The notes beneath the pieces are model-generated. The model saw only the letters and a list, made by a program, of their open reading frames with translations. It was not told the origin of the DNA and did no database searches. A DNA stretch of 64,000 nt from a virus. Positions 25,853-38,000 of the stretch are shown here, piece after piece. The DNA is taken from IMG/VR virus record IMGVR_UViG_3300037467_003078; one strand, given 5' to 3'. Positions within the stretch are counted from its first letter, which is position 1. Every line of letters starts with the position of its first letter. The position numbers were made by a program, and so were the translations under genes.

Positions 25853-28800
25853 TTAATATTGAATGTAAATATCTCCATTCATTACATTAGATGTAGATGG
25901 TGCGGCTGTACCATAAGATACCCTAGGAACTAGCCTACCTCCACTTCCACCATTTATATATAGCCCTGCTGTATTAAGAGTGAAGTTACCCCTAGTGTTA
26001 GTTGAATCTGTAGTCCATGCCTCATTACTATCTATAACTACCTTAGTTCCATTTGAATCTCTTATAACGAAACCATTTAAATCTGTTCCTGCTGTGTCAG
26101 TCACATTGTCAATCATTAGACCACCATAGACTGTTAACCTAGTGGTATCAAGAGACATTTTAACTGGTGCGGGCTGTAATCCTAATCGCCAGTTGAATGA
26201 ACCTGTCTCAGACCAGTTAACAATAGTTCCACTAGCACCTACATGTAGTGAGGAGTTTGAGTATATAGCGTCACCACCTGATACATCTCCATTCCAATAC
26301 CTAGTTCTTCCTAGTGTTAAATCGTACACATTTCTAATCGTAAAAGTAGGAGAATATGCAACAGTACTACCAGTTGTTCTATCTATAGTTAATGCTAATG
26401 CACCAGTAGTGTCATTTTCATGTCTAGTTATGTAGAATCCATTATCAGGTGCTACTGCGTGCCAACTAGTTCCATTTCCATTATATCCTATGGCGAACCC
26501 GTAAGAACCGTTATCACTTTCTCTGAATCTTATTTCTCCTGATGTTTGACCAGTTGCACCACCTACCTTAAAATACATACCTTGAAGATTGTTTCCTGTA
26601 ATACTAGGGTTTGCGATAGTCATTGCTGTATTTAATATTGTATCAGTACTGTTAGATTTAAAGTATGCACCCGAAGTTCCCACTTGAAGTTCACCATCTG
26701 TACGAACTACTGAACTCCCGAAATAAACCCCACTAGTATGCAGGTCTCCTGTGTCGTTAATTCTTAGCCACTCGTCTATAGACCTTAAAATAGTACCATA
26801 TTGACCATTTAACTGCTTAGTTCCTAAATTAAGATTTCCTGTCATTGTTCCAGTTCCATCTAATCTTAGGTATGTGCTGTCAGTATTAATACCTTTATAG
26901 TAAAGAGTTCCATCAGTACCAATTATATCTGTAGTACCATTAGAACCAACTATCTTTGCACTAACCCTAGTTTTAACAGTGTTTTGGTATCCTAGATATA
27001 TATCTCCACCTGCACCACTATAGGTAACATTTCCGTTTCCGTGGTCATTAACTATAAAGGCATTATTATATCCACTATATATTCCGTTTCCTGAGCCTAT
27101 TTTAATATTACCATTAACATCTAACATCATAGTGACATCAGGAGTTGTAGTTCCTACTCCTAGAGTATTTCCTGTTCCATATAGTGTAGGACCAGTGCTA
27201 CCTAGTTTTAATCCACCTACAGCAGAATTAGCCACTCCATATAGACCTGCTATATTAGAAACATTGATGTCCCATAATTGAGTGCCTGAGCCTATTTTGT
27301 AGACAGCAGTATTTGTTCCCGGAGAACTGATTAAACCATTAGAAGTGAATGTTCCAGTTACAGTTTGATTCCCTGCTACTGTCATATCTCCACCTTGAGT
27401 TAATGTTAGGAAGTTAGTAGTATTTCGTCTTACATATAGGTTTCCTGAGCCATAGTCAATATAAGCATTGTCTGCTGAGTGGTGTAATCTAAGTCTATCT
27501 CCTGAATCAGCATTGTTTCCTATATAAATACTATATCCATTGTCTAACCCTACATTACCACTTGATATATCGAATTTAATACCTGTTCTAGGTGCTCTGT
27601 TTATTCCTACTCCTGCTACTCCATCAAATATTGTATTAATTAGAGCAGGGTTTGAGTTTGATTGGAAGTTTGATGACGCAGGTCCACCTATATACATTGT
27701 TAAGTTAGGTGTATCATATTTTATACCTGCCCAAGTATTGTAATCCCAAGTGTCTGTACTCCCGAATCTTAACTCATTTAGATTAGGAAGAATAAGCTTG
27801 TTTGTTAATGTAGCCATTGTTAAGCTATTAAGTCTTATACCACCAGTTTGAGTATCACTTCCTGCTATCTGCAATGAATGTGTAGGAGTAGTTCCACCTG
27901 AACCAATGCCTATTCTACCGTTAGTGTCTAGAGTCAACATAGTGTTGTTATAAGTATTGTTGTAGAATTTAAGTTTTCCATTGTCAAACCTAAATACCTT
28001 GTCGCCAGTACTTCCTAATGCTTGAAACACATCACCAACAGTATTTGTTATGTATCTTCCACTAGCTTGAACAACTCCAACTACATCTAGTTTTTGAGCA
28101 GGAGTGGTAGTGCCTAATCCTAGGTTTTGAGAGTAATTCCAAGAGAAAGGAAGACCAGTTCCATTTACCGTGTATTCTCGTCTATTTGTTATACCAAACA
28201 AGTTGACAAGAGAGAACACATTGGTATCATCAGCATTTGTATCAAATATGAATCTGAAATATCTACTCATTACTGAATTTGAAGGTGGAATAAATAATGC
28301 CATAGCTAAGGATTTTTGTTGTGTAGGTGCTATCCAAGAAGTATAAGTAACATTATCGTCACTTCTCTCTACTTCTAATGTGTATGTATTTTCTCCTGAA
28401 CTATACTTTTGATTTACACCTATAACAGCAGGGTACATATATGTACTTCCTAAATCCATTACAAATCTAAATTTCTTCTGAGTTAAGCCTATATCCCAAC
28501 TTCCAATAGAAGTACCATCTAGTGCACTTTGCCAACCAGTAGTTGACCAAGCTACCCAAGAAGTGCCATTCCAATACTCTACAGATATAACATTTCTAAA
28601 TCTAAATATATCTCCATTATTTGCATTTGCTACTGTCATTCCTAGATACTGAGATAATCTAGTCATAGGGTCTGCATGACCACCATATCCCAAAGATGTC
28701 GAGAATGTGTTTTCTGCAAAACTCAGTGTATCTCCACTATGAGTATGAGCACTTGGGGCAAATGTAGATGGTTTACTTGTCAGGTTGTTCCAGTTTAAGT

Positions 28801-29950
28801 AGTAAGTACCATCTTGACCATCTAACTTATCAGCGTCAAGCGTACTTCCTGCACCATCATTTCCCTCGTGCCAAATTTTATTACCACTTGCATTTAAATC
28901 TGCTACATCACCAATTTTAAGATTTCCAGTAGCGTCAATACCAAAGTACTTAGTAGCAGTGTCAAGTTTCAACTGCATATTAACATTGTTTGTTCCACCT
29001 CGTTGCAACAACAGAGGCGTTGCAGAAGAACCTGAAATAGTGACAACAGCATTAACAGTATCATCAACATCAGACCTTAAAAACTGAGAACTCTCTATAC
29101 CATCTAATTTGTCAGCGTCTAATCCTGAACCTGACCCATCATTAGCAGAGTCCCAAACTGTGTTTCCGTTATGTTTTAATCCTGTTGTAGCAGGAGTCTT
29201 AATGTTAACTGTGTCAGAAGATTCATTTCCTACCTCTATAGTTAACTCTTGATTTTCTCCTCCACTAGGATTAGCTAAATATATCTTAGCAATATCACCA
29301 GTTCCACCAAAAGCGTTATCAACAAACTTAAATCCTGACAACCCTGCTGTTACACTTCCAGTGAATACTGCATTACCGTTTCCATCTAGGGTCATTCTAT
29401 CAGCGTCACCTACGCCTTGGATTTTGAATACTCCTGCCGAACCAGTTCCCGAACCACCTATTCTTAATCTAGGATTGTCACTTAGCCAACTTAGTGTAAC
29501 ATTAGCAAGTGCGTTGTTTGGGTTGTTAGATTGAACTGTTCCATTGTTAGCTATTACACTACCAGTTGTCTCTATATTTCCTCCAAATACTACTTTCTTT
29601 CCTGTGTTGGTCATCATTTTAAGATGGTCTACACTTGAAGTTACATCTATTAAACCGTAAGATGGAGTCCCGTTTATAGTTTGAAATTGTAGTGCTTCAC
29701 TACCACTTGAACTGTAGACTTCCATAGTTTGATTGTTTACTCCATCGTAAACTATTAATTTATTCCCCTGAGGGTCTATTCTTAAATACCCTGAACTAGA
29801 ATTATCAGATAAAAAAGAATTTTTAAGTGTCAACTGTCCACCACTAATAGTTAGATTACTATTAACTGCTTGTGCTGACGTATCAGTTTTTGATATGAAA
29901 GCGTTGTTTAAATTAGTTGCCGATAACAAGGTCTTCTTACCTATCATCAA
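25853..29950 (-). CDS. Long tail fibre protein (1365 aa)
   Basis: Gly/Ser/Thr/Asn-rich; fibre motifs GSGLDADKLDG (x2) and PSAHTH; C-terminal GTAAPST..NGDIYIQY. Confidence 0.85.
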   Translation of the reverse strand: MMIGKKTLLSATNLNNAFISKTDTSAQAVNSNLTISGGQLTLKNSFLSDNSSSGYLRIDPQGNKLIVYDGVNNQTMEVYSSSGSEALQFQTINGTPSYGLIDVTSSVDHLKMMTNTGKKVVFGGNIETTGSVIANNGTVQSNNPNNALANVTLSWLSDNPRLRIGGSGTGSAGVFKIQGVGDADRMTLDGNGNAVFTGSVTAGLSGFKFVDNAFGGTGDIAKIYLANPSGGENQELTIEVGNESSDTVNIKTPATTGLKHNGNTVWDSANDGSGSGLDADKLDGIESSQFLRSDVDDTVNAVVTISGSSATPLLLQRGGTNNVNMQLKLDTATKYFGIDATGNLKIGDVADLNASGNKIWHEGNDGAGSTLDADKLDGQDGTYYLNWNNLTSKPSTFAPSAHTHSGDTLSFAENTFSTSLGYGGHADPMTRLSQYLGMTVANANNGDIFRFRNVISVEYWNGTSWVAWSTTGWQSALDGTSIGSWDIGLTQKKFRFVMDLGSTYMYPAVIGVNQKYSSGENTYTLEVERSDDNVTYTSWIAPTQQKSLAMALFIPPSNSVMSRYFRFIFDTNADDTNVFSLVNLFGITNRREYTVNGTGLPFSWNYSQNLGLGTTTPAQKLDVVGVVQASGRYITNTVGDVFQALGSTGDKVFRFDNGKLKFYNNTYNNTMLTLDTNGRIGIGSGGTTPTHSLQIAGSDTQTGGIRLNSLTMATLTNKLILPNLNELRFGSTDTWDYNTWAGIKYDTPNLTMYIGGPASSNFQSNSNPALINTIFDGVAGVGINRAPRTGIKFDISSGNVGLDNGYSIYIGNNADSGDRLRLHHSADNAYIDYGSGNLYVRRNTTNFLTLTQGGDMTVAGNQTVTGTFTSNGLISSPGTNTAVYKIGSGTQLWDINVSNIAGLYGVANSAVGGLKLGSTGPTLYGTGNTLGVGTTTPDVTMMLDVNGNIKIGSGNGIYSGYNNAFIVNDHGNGNVTYSGAGGDIYLGYQNTVKTRVSAKIVGSNGTTDIIGTDGTLYYKGINTDSTYLRLDGTGTMTGNLNLGTKQLNGQYGTILRSIDEWLRINDTGDLHTSGVYFGSSVVRTDGELQVGTSGAYFKSNSTDTILNTAMTIANPSITGNNLQGMYFKVGGATGQTSGEIRFRESDNGSYGFAIGYNGNGTSWHAVAPDNGFYITRHENDTTGALALTIDRTTGSTVAYSPTFTIRNVYDLTLGRTRYWNGDVSGGDAIYSNSSLHVGASGTIVNWSETGSFNWRLGLQPAPVKMSLDTTRLTVYGGLMIDNVTDTAGTDLNGFVIRDSNGTKVVIDSNEAWTTDSTNTRGNFTLNTAGLYINGGSGGRLVPRVSYGTAAPSTSNVMNGDIYIQY

Positions 29951-30057
29951 TTAACGACCTCCTTTTCTCTTATACATAAGCTTATATTAGTAGCTTGTAC
30001 TATGCTCTTTCTGACGATTGTTATATTATATATTTAAGAAAAAGACTAGCAAATTTG

Positions 30058-31299
30058 TCAGTATGCTAGCCTATGAATACCTTTTGGATAGAATGGAACT
30101 CTAGAAATATACCAACCTTCTACTTCTTCTGCCGACCTTTGAACCCTATCTATCCTTAATTCATCTATTATTCCATTTATTAGTCCACTTCCACTACCTA
30201 CACTAAAAAAACCTTCGCTTGCAAATGTAGGATTATTCGTTAGATTTCCCTCTTTGTATGTCTTAACACCTGTGGTGTTGTTTATAAGTGTCATAGACAT
30301 CTTTCCACCAGTTTTCCAAGTAACTGCTATGTAATACCAAGTGTAAGGTGTTATTCCAATTACACCAGTGTTTAGACCTTGCCTTACTACTCCTTTTTGT
30401 GTAATCTCAAACTCTATGTTGTCAGCATTATTCCAACCTGAACCCCATCTTATTTCTAGATTATCTCTAGATACATCAGAAGTCCAATCCCCTATTTGAA
30501 ATAACCTTGAATATGATTGAGGTGATTTTGAACCAGTATAAAACCAAAGGGATATAGTTCCTTCACTAGGATTTATTGGCTCTTTACTATATCTAAGAAT
30601 ACCACTCCCCCTAGTTCCTTTTACAAAAGATGTTGGGCTTATTCTGTTTTCTAGTTGTGGCATTGAGGCATATATAGTACAACCTGATGGTATAACACCT
30701 AGATTCCAACCAACTCCACCGTTTGCATTTACTTGTTCATATGCTACATGAGTAGCCTCATATCTTTTCCAACTAGTGCTTATTCCAGTAAAAGACACAC
30801 TATCAGCTACATTGTGTTGACCACCTACACCGGTATTTAGGTATGAACTAAGCACTTGGTTTGGCAAATTATAGTTTGACTTTAGGTATATTGAATTTAT
30901 ATATGTTCCTCCACTGGTATATGTATAAGGATAGTAATCATATAGAAAGACAGTGTTTCCTGTTGGAGTTCCCTTAAAAACCATTCCCATATTACTATCA
31001 CTGTATTGACTTGGATTAGTCCAATATGTAGTATTAGAATAATGACTCCATTTAGTCCAATCTTGTGACGCTCCACCGCCAACTGTTTCTATCAAATTAG
31101 TAGTACCTTCTTCTACTGCTATCCCACCACCGAACCTACCTTCTATGTTTCTTATTGTAGTAGTATCATTAATTGGTTGAAGACCGTACAATACATCAGA
31201 AGTGGTAATATCATAGTGTGCTAGAAAAGATGTATTTTTATCTGCTGTTACCATCTTTCCTTCTAGCCACAGGCTACTTCCTTTATGTGTATTTGACAT
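30058..31299 (-). CDS. LamG/concanavalin-like receptor-binding protein (paralog A)
   Basis: EGRFGGGIAVEEGTTNL, EGTISLWF, WYYIAVTW and IIDELRI. Confidence 0.75.
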   Translation of the reverse strand: MSNTHKGSSLWLEGKMVTADKNTSFLAHYDITTSDVLYGLQPINDTTTIRNIEGRFGGGIAVEEGTTNLIETVGGGASQDWTKWSHYSNTTYWTNPSQYSDSNMGMVFKGTPTGNTVFLYDYYPYTYTSGGTYINSIYLKSNYNLPNQVLSSYLNTGVGGQHNVADSVSFTGISTSWKRYEATHVAYEQVNANGGVGWNLGVIPSGCTIYASMPQLENRISPTSFVKGTRGSGILRYSKEPINPSEGTISLWFYTGSKSPQSYSRLFQIGDWTSDVSRDNLEIRWGSGWNNADNIEFEITQKGVVRQGLNTGVIGITPYTWYYIAVTWKTGGKMSMTLINNTTGVKTYKEGNLTNNPTFASEGFFSVGSGSGLINGIIDELRIDRVQRSAEEVEGWYISRVPFYPKGIHRLAY

Positions 31300-31310
31300 C
31301 TTATATCCTC

Positions 31311-32540
31311 CTAACTAAATGCTCTATAATCATAGGGATTATAAAAAGGTTGATTTGACATATACCATACGCTTACATCTTCTGCTGTAGGCATTTTTTT
31401 ATCTATTTTTAAGTCTGAGACAATTATTTGAGGATTAGACCTTATTCCTGAACCAACATAGAAACCAGTTGAATTGTTGTTATAATTTGTAGACCAATCA
31501 ACAGGAGAAACACTATTCTTGTTTAAAACACCATTAACATAGATTCCTACCTCTACATTCTTTTTCCAATATACAACTATATGATTCCATGCGTCATATG
31601 TAAGCGTGGGTTGCAATTGAGTGTTTGCTCCACCTACTGTGTTGTATACTCTCAAATAATGCCCACCTGTTTTATCTATCAGGAAATCAAAACAACCATT
31701 ATCTATACCCGAACTGAATACAGGGTATGAACTTCCATTTGAATTTCCAAGCGTACTAGCATAGAGCCAAAAGGATATACAACCTTCATCAGTATTTACA
31801 ACTTCTTTTGGGTAAGACAACAATCCATTGGCTCTTGTTCCTAAGACATAAGATGTAGGATATGTTTTTTGTTCTATTTGAGGACAAGTCCAGTCTATTA
31901 TAATAGGTTCATTAGCAATTGCTGATGGACATTTGAACGACCAATATTTTCCATCAGTCCTATTTGTTGTGTCGAACCATTTAGAAACACTTCTGTTCCA
32001 ATTATTATTTAATTGTTGTGTCCCTACATCTGTCCAACCTGCTATATTTGAAGCTGTCCCTCCTACTGAAATATCTGATTTGTTAACTGGTCTCCAATAT
32101 ATAGATGTCATATATGTATTACCTGACAGGTAGTTGAATCCAGTTGAACCCATTACACCATGACCACTTAATGTCGTTTGTACATGGGACAAAGCGTTTG
32201 CTGATACAGGTGTCATCGTCAAGCGATATATTGTTTGACCCATATATGTTTCAGTTAATGGTACAAGTGTGTGAGTCATATTACCACTTGTAGCATAGTT
32301 GTTATAAGAATTTATTATTCCTGTCCAAAGATTTGTAGTTCCTTGTTCTACCGATACGCCAACACCAAACCTACCTTCATTTGGTCTTAATGTGTAAACA
32401 GAACTAACGGTAGGTTCTACTAAGTCACCGTATTGTATTCCAGTTGCGTCCATATTATAGTCAAAGTGTGTAGAGTTAAAAGGCACTGCTATAACTTGGT
32501 CTTTAAGAATCAACTTACTACCTTTATGTGCGTTAGACAT
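31311..32540 (-). CDS. LamG/concanavalin-like receptor-binding protein (paralog B)
   Basis: EGRFGVGVSVEQGTTNL, EGCISFWL and WNHIVVYW..NVEVGIYVNG. Confidence 0.75.
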   Translation of the reverse strand: MSNAHKGSKLILKDQVIAVPFNSTHFDYNMDATGIQYGDLVEPTVSSVYTLRPNEGRFGVGVSVEQGTTNLWTGIINSYNNYATSGNMTHTLVPLTETYMGQTIYRLTMTPVSANALSHVQTTLSGHGVMGSTGFNYLSGNTYMTSIYWRPVNKSDISVGGTASNIAGWTDVGTQQLNNNWNRSVSKWFDTTNRTDGKYWSFKCPSAIANEPIIIDWTCPQIEQKTYPTSYVLGTRANGLLSYPKEVVNTDEGCISFWLYASTLGNSNGSSYPVFSSGIDNGCFDFLIDKTGGHYLRVYNTVGGANTQLQPTLTYDAWNHIVVYWKKNVEVGIYVNGVLNKNSVSPVDWSTNYNNNSTGFYVGSGIRSNPQIIVSDLKIDKKMPTAEDVSVWYMSNQPFYNPYDYRAFS

Positions 32541-32589
32541 TTTATTCTCCTCCTAATTTTTTATACGTTTGCCCCCGAAGGGGCTTTTA

Positions 32590-35064
32590 TTAATATGCCA
32601 TTATCTGACAGTCGATTGTCACATCTGACTCACATATATCATCAAGGTTTAACACTATTGAATTAGTGGCTTTATTTGACCAGTACACATGAGGTTCTGC
32701 ATTGTTCCATGAGAATGTTATTGTGTAATTAGTTCCTAATCCAAGATTATGATTCCATGTTGCAGATGTATTTCCTGCTGTTATAACAATAGAACTTGCG
32801 AATGTTGAACCTTTTATAGGCTTATCGAAATTAGCTGTAGCGACATTTGAAGAATATATATTTGGAGATAATTTCTCTACACATAAATCATTTGTTGTAC
32901 TTCTATATCTCAACATCTTCCAAACTCTTGTGTCAGTTATGTGAACATCTTGTATGCTACCTATGTTTCTAAGAACAGAAACAACTGCTAATTTAATAGC
33001 GTCAGAAGGTATTGATGGTTCAATAGGTGTTGAGGCAGGAGTACCAGTTGCAACTGTTGGAACACCTTCATTAGCACCTGCACTAGAACCTTGAATATAT
33101 ATGACATCTTTTCTATCATATGTAGCACTCGAAGTAGCTAGAGATATACTTGTATTAGGTATATCAACTCTCATTCCAGTGTCAGTGTATACGACACCTG
33201 AATTTATTAACACTGTCATATTAGGAACTGTTTGCTGAGTAATATTTAATCCTGTGAATACTCCACTTCCACCTAATTCTCGTATACTTAGATTCTTAGC
33301 TATTTTGGATTCTTTTGTTCCCCCAACCATTTCTGCATTTAAGTTTGATACTATAGTAGTATCAGTGACTTTTAATGAATTACCACTAAGAATACCATCA
33401 AATATAGCGTCACCATTTGCATTAATTTGTGCTTTTATCCCTGCACCTTTCGCACTTGTATCTCCAACTAGTTGAATTACATTCGTATTACTAGAGTTTC
33501 TAACATAAAGACTTCCTGCTGTTCCAGTAGTACCAACAAACATATTACCTTTAACATTCAATCCAGTGTTCATCACTTGATTATCAGTGTTATTTAGAAC
33601 ATATTGAGAATGAGTATGGCTTGCGTCTAGGGTAAGACTTGATAATCCTTGTCTAGTAAATGTTATAGTACCATTTCCACCTGCTGTGCTTGATACTCCT
33701 GTTAGATAGTTATTTGTATCTACAGGTATTTGCCAAGTTCCATCTCCACGAAGGAAGTTGCTCGTTGTTCCACCTGTAGGAACATGTGAACCTATTCCAG
33801 TAGTATTTGTATGAGTGTAAGCCCAACCTGAATTTATAGGGTTCAAACTTCCATTAGCAGGAGTTCCACTTACAGTTAGACTGTTTCCACTACCAGTAAA
33901 ACTATTAGCAGTTATATTTCCTACTGTTGATAAATTTTTATTTATATCCCAAACAAAAGGGAATAAAGTCTCCATAGAGCCACCCTGCTCTGCTGGTCTA
34001 CTTGTCATCATCATTATTTGGTTTAAGTTGAAGGTATTTCCACTGGACAAACCACAGTCAAATGTAAATCTAACTTTTGTATCACCTGAGACACTTGCCA
34101 TTGATGTGTATCGCCAATAAGCCCCCAAAGGAGAATTGCTACTGCGAACATTTGTTGTTGCCCAATTGTCACTAGTTGACTCAATAAGTAGAGTTCCACC
34201 CGGAGCATTATAGGCAGATGAAACCCAAATTAAGTCTGCACCATTATAAGCGTCAACATCATATGTTACCCTGAAATTTTTATGTGTATAATCTATATTA
34301 ACACTTGTATTCCCTTTTCCATCTGTAAGTATATCAAATGCAGTTGTTGACCAAGTTACCCAAGAACTTCCATCAAAATATTCAACTAAAGTAGGCTTTC
34401 TAAATCGTATTTCATCTCCAAACATAGGTAGTGGAGTAAATCCTGTCTCAGTGAATCTTCCATATGCTGTACCGTTTGAGGCTATATACTTAGGTGCACT
34501 ATCCGTAATACCATAACCACTCAATGTTGTTGGTGTGCTTGTTACTTGGCTGAATGGGTGGGTATGAGATAAATTTATTGTTAAATTTCCACCAGTATTT
34601 CTGCTTACAGTAAGAGTTCCATTGCCTCCTGCTGTACTTGATAAACCATTTACATAGGTGTCTGTGTCTGTAGGAGTTGCCCAAGTTCCATCTCCACGAA
34701 GGAAAGTTGTTGCACTTCCTCCATTCGGGATATGACCAAGTGCACCAGTTTTATTTTCATGTGTGTATGCCCAACCATTTGATATTGGAACATTACCACC
34801 ATTTGCAGTGACGCTATTAACAACTAATGTTGAACCGTCACCCTTTATTGAACTTCCTGATACTGTTCCTGATGAAGTAACATTAGTTAGTGTAGCATTC
34901 GTTCCATTAATAGTGGACGCTTGTATTGTTCCACCACTTATAGTGTTTCCTGTTATATTTCCTCCTACTAATAAATTAAAGGAGGAGGGGATAGTAGTAT
35001 CCCCATTGACAGTTAGCTTGCCATTTATTCTTACATCATTATCTATGTCATAGTACTTTGCCAT
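32590..35064 (-). CDS. Tail fibre protein (824 aa) with an internal duplication
   Basis: Two copies of GWAYTH...FLRGDGTW...STAGGNGT...SHTH. Confidence 0.8.
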   Translation of the reverse strand: MAKYYDIDNDVRINGKLTVNGDTTIPSSFNLLVGGNITGNTISGGTIQASTINGTNATLTNVTSSGTVSGSSIKGDGSTLVVNSVTANGGNVPISNGWAYTHENKTGALGHIPNGGSATTFLRGDGTWATPTDTDTYVNGLSSTAGGNGTLTVSRNTGGNLTINLSHTHPFSQVTSTPTTLSGYGITDSAPKYIASNGTAYGRFTETGFTPLPMFGDEIRFRKPTLVEYFDGSSWVTWSTTAFDILTDGKGNTSVNIDYTHKNFRVTYDVDAYNGADLIWVSSAYNAPGGTLLIESTSDNWATTNVRSSNSPLGAYWRYTSMASVSGDTKVRFTFDCGLSSGNTFNLNQIMMMTSRPAEQGGSMETLFPFVWDINKNLSTVGNITANSFTGSGNSLTVSGTPANGSLNPINSGWAYTHTNTTGIGSHVPTGGTTSNFLRGDGTWQIPVDTNNYLTGVSSTAGGNGTITFTRQGLSSLTLDASHTHSQYVLNNTDNQVMNTGLNVKGNMFVGTTGTAGSLYVRNSSNTNVIQLVGDTSAKGAGIKAQINANGDAIFDGILSGNSLKVTDTTIVSNLNAEMVGGTKESKIAKNLSIRELGGSGVFTGLNITQQTVPNMTVLINSGVVYTDTGMRVDIPNTSISLATSSATYDRKDVIYIQGSSAGANEGVPTVATGTPASTPIEPSIPSDAIKLAVVSVLRNIGSIQDVHITDTRVWKMLRYRSTTNDLCVEKLSPNIYSSNVATANFDKPIKGSTFASSIVITAGNTSATWNHNLGLGTNYTITFSWNNAEPHVYWSNKATNSIVLNLDDICESDVTIDCQIMAY

Positions 35065-35076
35065 CTATCTCACTCC

Positions 35077-38000
35077 TTAAAATTTATCGTAAGCCACAAG
35101 TTCAATCCATCTAATACCAAGATTGTTGTTTGCCAATGCAAGTTTAGCTTGAATCTTACCATTACCTGTTGGTAGGTCAGTGAAGTAAGCACTAAACCAA
35201 TCTCTCCTGCCATTTACCAATCCGAATGTTATCGGTAAATCTAAGTCCTTATTTGTTGCTCCTGCAATTCTTATCGTTGCCTTTTGTCCACCAGTTTGTT
35301 GAGCACTTGTAATATCATCACTGTAAACTACATATAAGCGATAATATCTTGTAGCACCTGCTTGAACTGTAGGTAGAGCATAAGAACTTAAATCGTAGTA
35401 ATCTGTGATGTCATCAAACACAGTGCTATCAGTTTGGAATTGAAGGTCTCCTCCAATACCGTAAATCGGTCTTCTGTGTACTTCGTTATATTTTCCAATT
35501 TCTTGAATAGAGCCATTCTGTACTTTAAGAGTTCCGTTTACAGTCGTTACATCTGTACTAGCGTCACCTAGGGTAGAGTTTCCTCCAACTATTAGTTGAC
35601 CACTAATTGTATAGTCACCATTTACATTTGTAGTACCACTAATGATTTGTTGACCAGTAACAGTGAAATCTCCTGCTATTACTACACCACCTGAATAGTT
35701 TACTGAGAATACTTCTGAACTAGTAGCATTATTAATTTGGAATAACTTAGTGCTATTAGCTACGCTAGAACTTGGCTGAATTTTAATTCCCAATCCTGCT
35801 TTGTTAAATGTATTAGTGTTAGTAAATATGTTAGCTTGACCTGCTTTGATGTCTCCTGCATTAGATACTGCTGTGTCTACCTCTGTCTTAGTGTAGATAT
35901 TGCTATATAAGTCAGTAATATTGCTAGCAGTATGAGTATGTGCAGAAGGTGTAAATGTAGTAGGTTTATTAATTACATCTGCATAATCTACATTAGCCCA
36001 AGATAGACTTCCTGCTGTTGCTCCTGCTGTTAATACCTTTTTACTGTTAGTTGTGCTAGTTGCAGGGACATGAAGGTTTCCATCTCCTGTAGGGTGAGAA
36101 TAATTGTTTGCATTTGTAGCAACACCATCTAACTTAGCTTTGTCTGACCCACTCATAAATCCGTTCGCTCCACCACTTATTGCTACTGCGTGGACATGAG
36201 TAGTATCTGATTTTGTAGAAGGGTCAAAATTAGCACTAGTCCAAATTGTACTTCCGTTTACTTGAACTAATCCTCCACCAACTGTTGATATGTTTATGTT
36301 TCCACTTGTTTCATTAGTGATTTGCATTGTGTTATTGCCATTAGTTCCATATCCGAACCAACCTGAACGAGTAGAGTTTCCTGACCTTGCGTAAATAGCC
36401 ATATAGATATGGTCTGTAGATGTTGCTTTAAGGCTTAATGCTCCTCCTCCACCACCAACACTAAGTATGCCAGTACTACCGTTTAACTGAATATATCTTC
36501 CATCAGCAGTTGTTTGGTTGATTGCGTTGTCTTGGATTCTTAATAGCTTGCCATAGTTAGCACCGTCAATAAATCCATTTGCTCCTCCACTTACTGCTAC
36601 TGCGTGAGCACTTCCACCTGAGCCAACATGTGCTATTGGTGCATACTTACTAGATAATGCAACTCCATTTTCTAGTAGACCACCCTTAGCGTCTAATGTT
36701 TTACCATTAGTAGAAATTGAAACTGCTAGAGTATTAGAGTCTGATTCATAGAAATTAATTAAATCATCTGAGCCTAAGTCTAACTGACCTTGTGTAGCAC
36801 TTTGTCTAATATATCCTACAGCACCATTAGCAACAGACCCGAACTTCAATCCTAGTGCATTATTCGGACCGAAATCTATGTGTCCTTTCATTACTCCACC
36901 AGTTGCTAAGGATAGATACAAATCATCATGCTTATGGTCTCCACGAGAAACTGTATTTCCAGTTCCGTAGTTTCCACTAGTTCCTGCCCAACCGTCCATA
37001 GAGTTCAACAAGTCTGAGTTGTCTTTCCATAGATATAAGTCTGTTCCCATGGGTCCTTGACCTGCTAGAACTTGATACTTACCGTGTGCATGTGTTGGGT
37101 GATTTAATTCCAACTTATGCTCTTGTATTCTAGCGTAGTTACTGATATGCCAATCCATGATTGTATTAGGCATAATCTTAGTACCTCTTACAGCACCGTT
37201 GGCTAAGTGGTCATGTTGTATACCAGTTTTATGAGGTTGGTTTCCGTCCCATTTCTCAATCTTGTGAGCAGGGTAGCTATCAACCGATTCTGACCTTCTC
37301 CAATGAGTAGAAAGTTTACCAGTTTCAAAGATTGCAGAAGTGAAGTATGCTGTTCCTCGTTCCTCAATAGTTCCGTTAGCATTTAACTCAGTTCTAAATC
37401 TCATTCTGTATTTGATAGGCACTGACTTATCAGGAATACCTGTGTCAGGGTTTACCCTAGGCTTATCAAATGCACCTTCTGTAGACTGCACTCCCATTCC
37501 TTGATACCATTTTGCTTGTTCTGCAACAAGTTTGTTTCTTCTGAAAATAGTAGATGTTGACTGAGAAGGTATCAATAGAGATGACCTTGTAAGATACTGG
37601 TAGTCCTCAAACCTTAATCTATCTACAGTTACTCTACCACTATCTTGCATGATTACTGCTCTATGTTTACCTGCTTTTATATTCATAGCGTCATTTGCTT
37701 TTATGTTCTGAGAAGGAGTGAAAGGCATGATATGTCTGTGTGCTACTTTGTTAACGAATGGAGATTCTAACTCTAAGAAGTGACTTCCACCCATAGCTGT
37801 AGGCATATCAATTTTTATTCTACCAAAGTCAGGACCTACGATATATGACATGTACCACCAAGTAGTGTATTCGATAGGAATGTCTACTGCGATATATGCT
37901 TTAGATATGTCTGTAGATACAAATCCTTTTCCGTTGGTAGCTATTTGTTGACCTGCTAATTCAGAGTTTGCAGGATATGTATATCCTTTTTCTAACTCCC

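Noticed and set aside
29951-30057. sigmaA promoter in the AT-rich gap upstream of the 1365-aa fibre
   Set aside because: A TATAAT is present but there is no -35 at an acceptable spacing.
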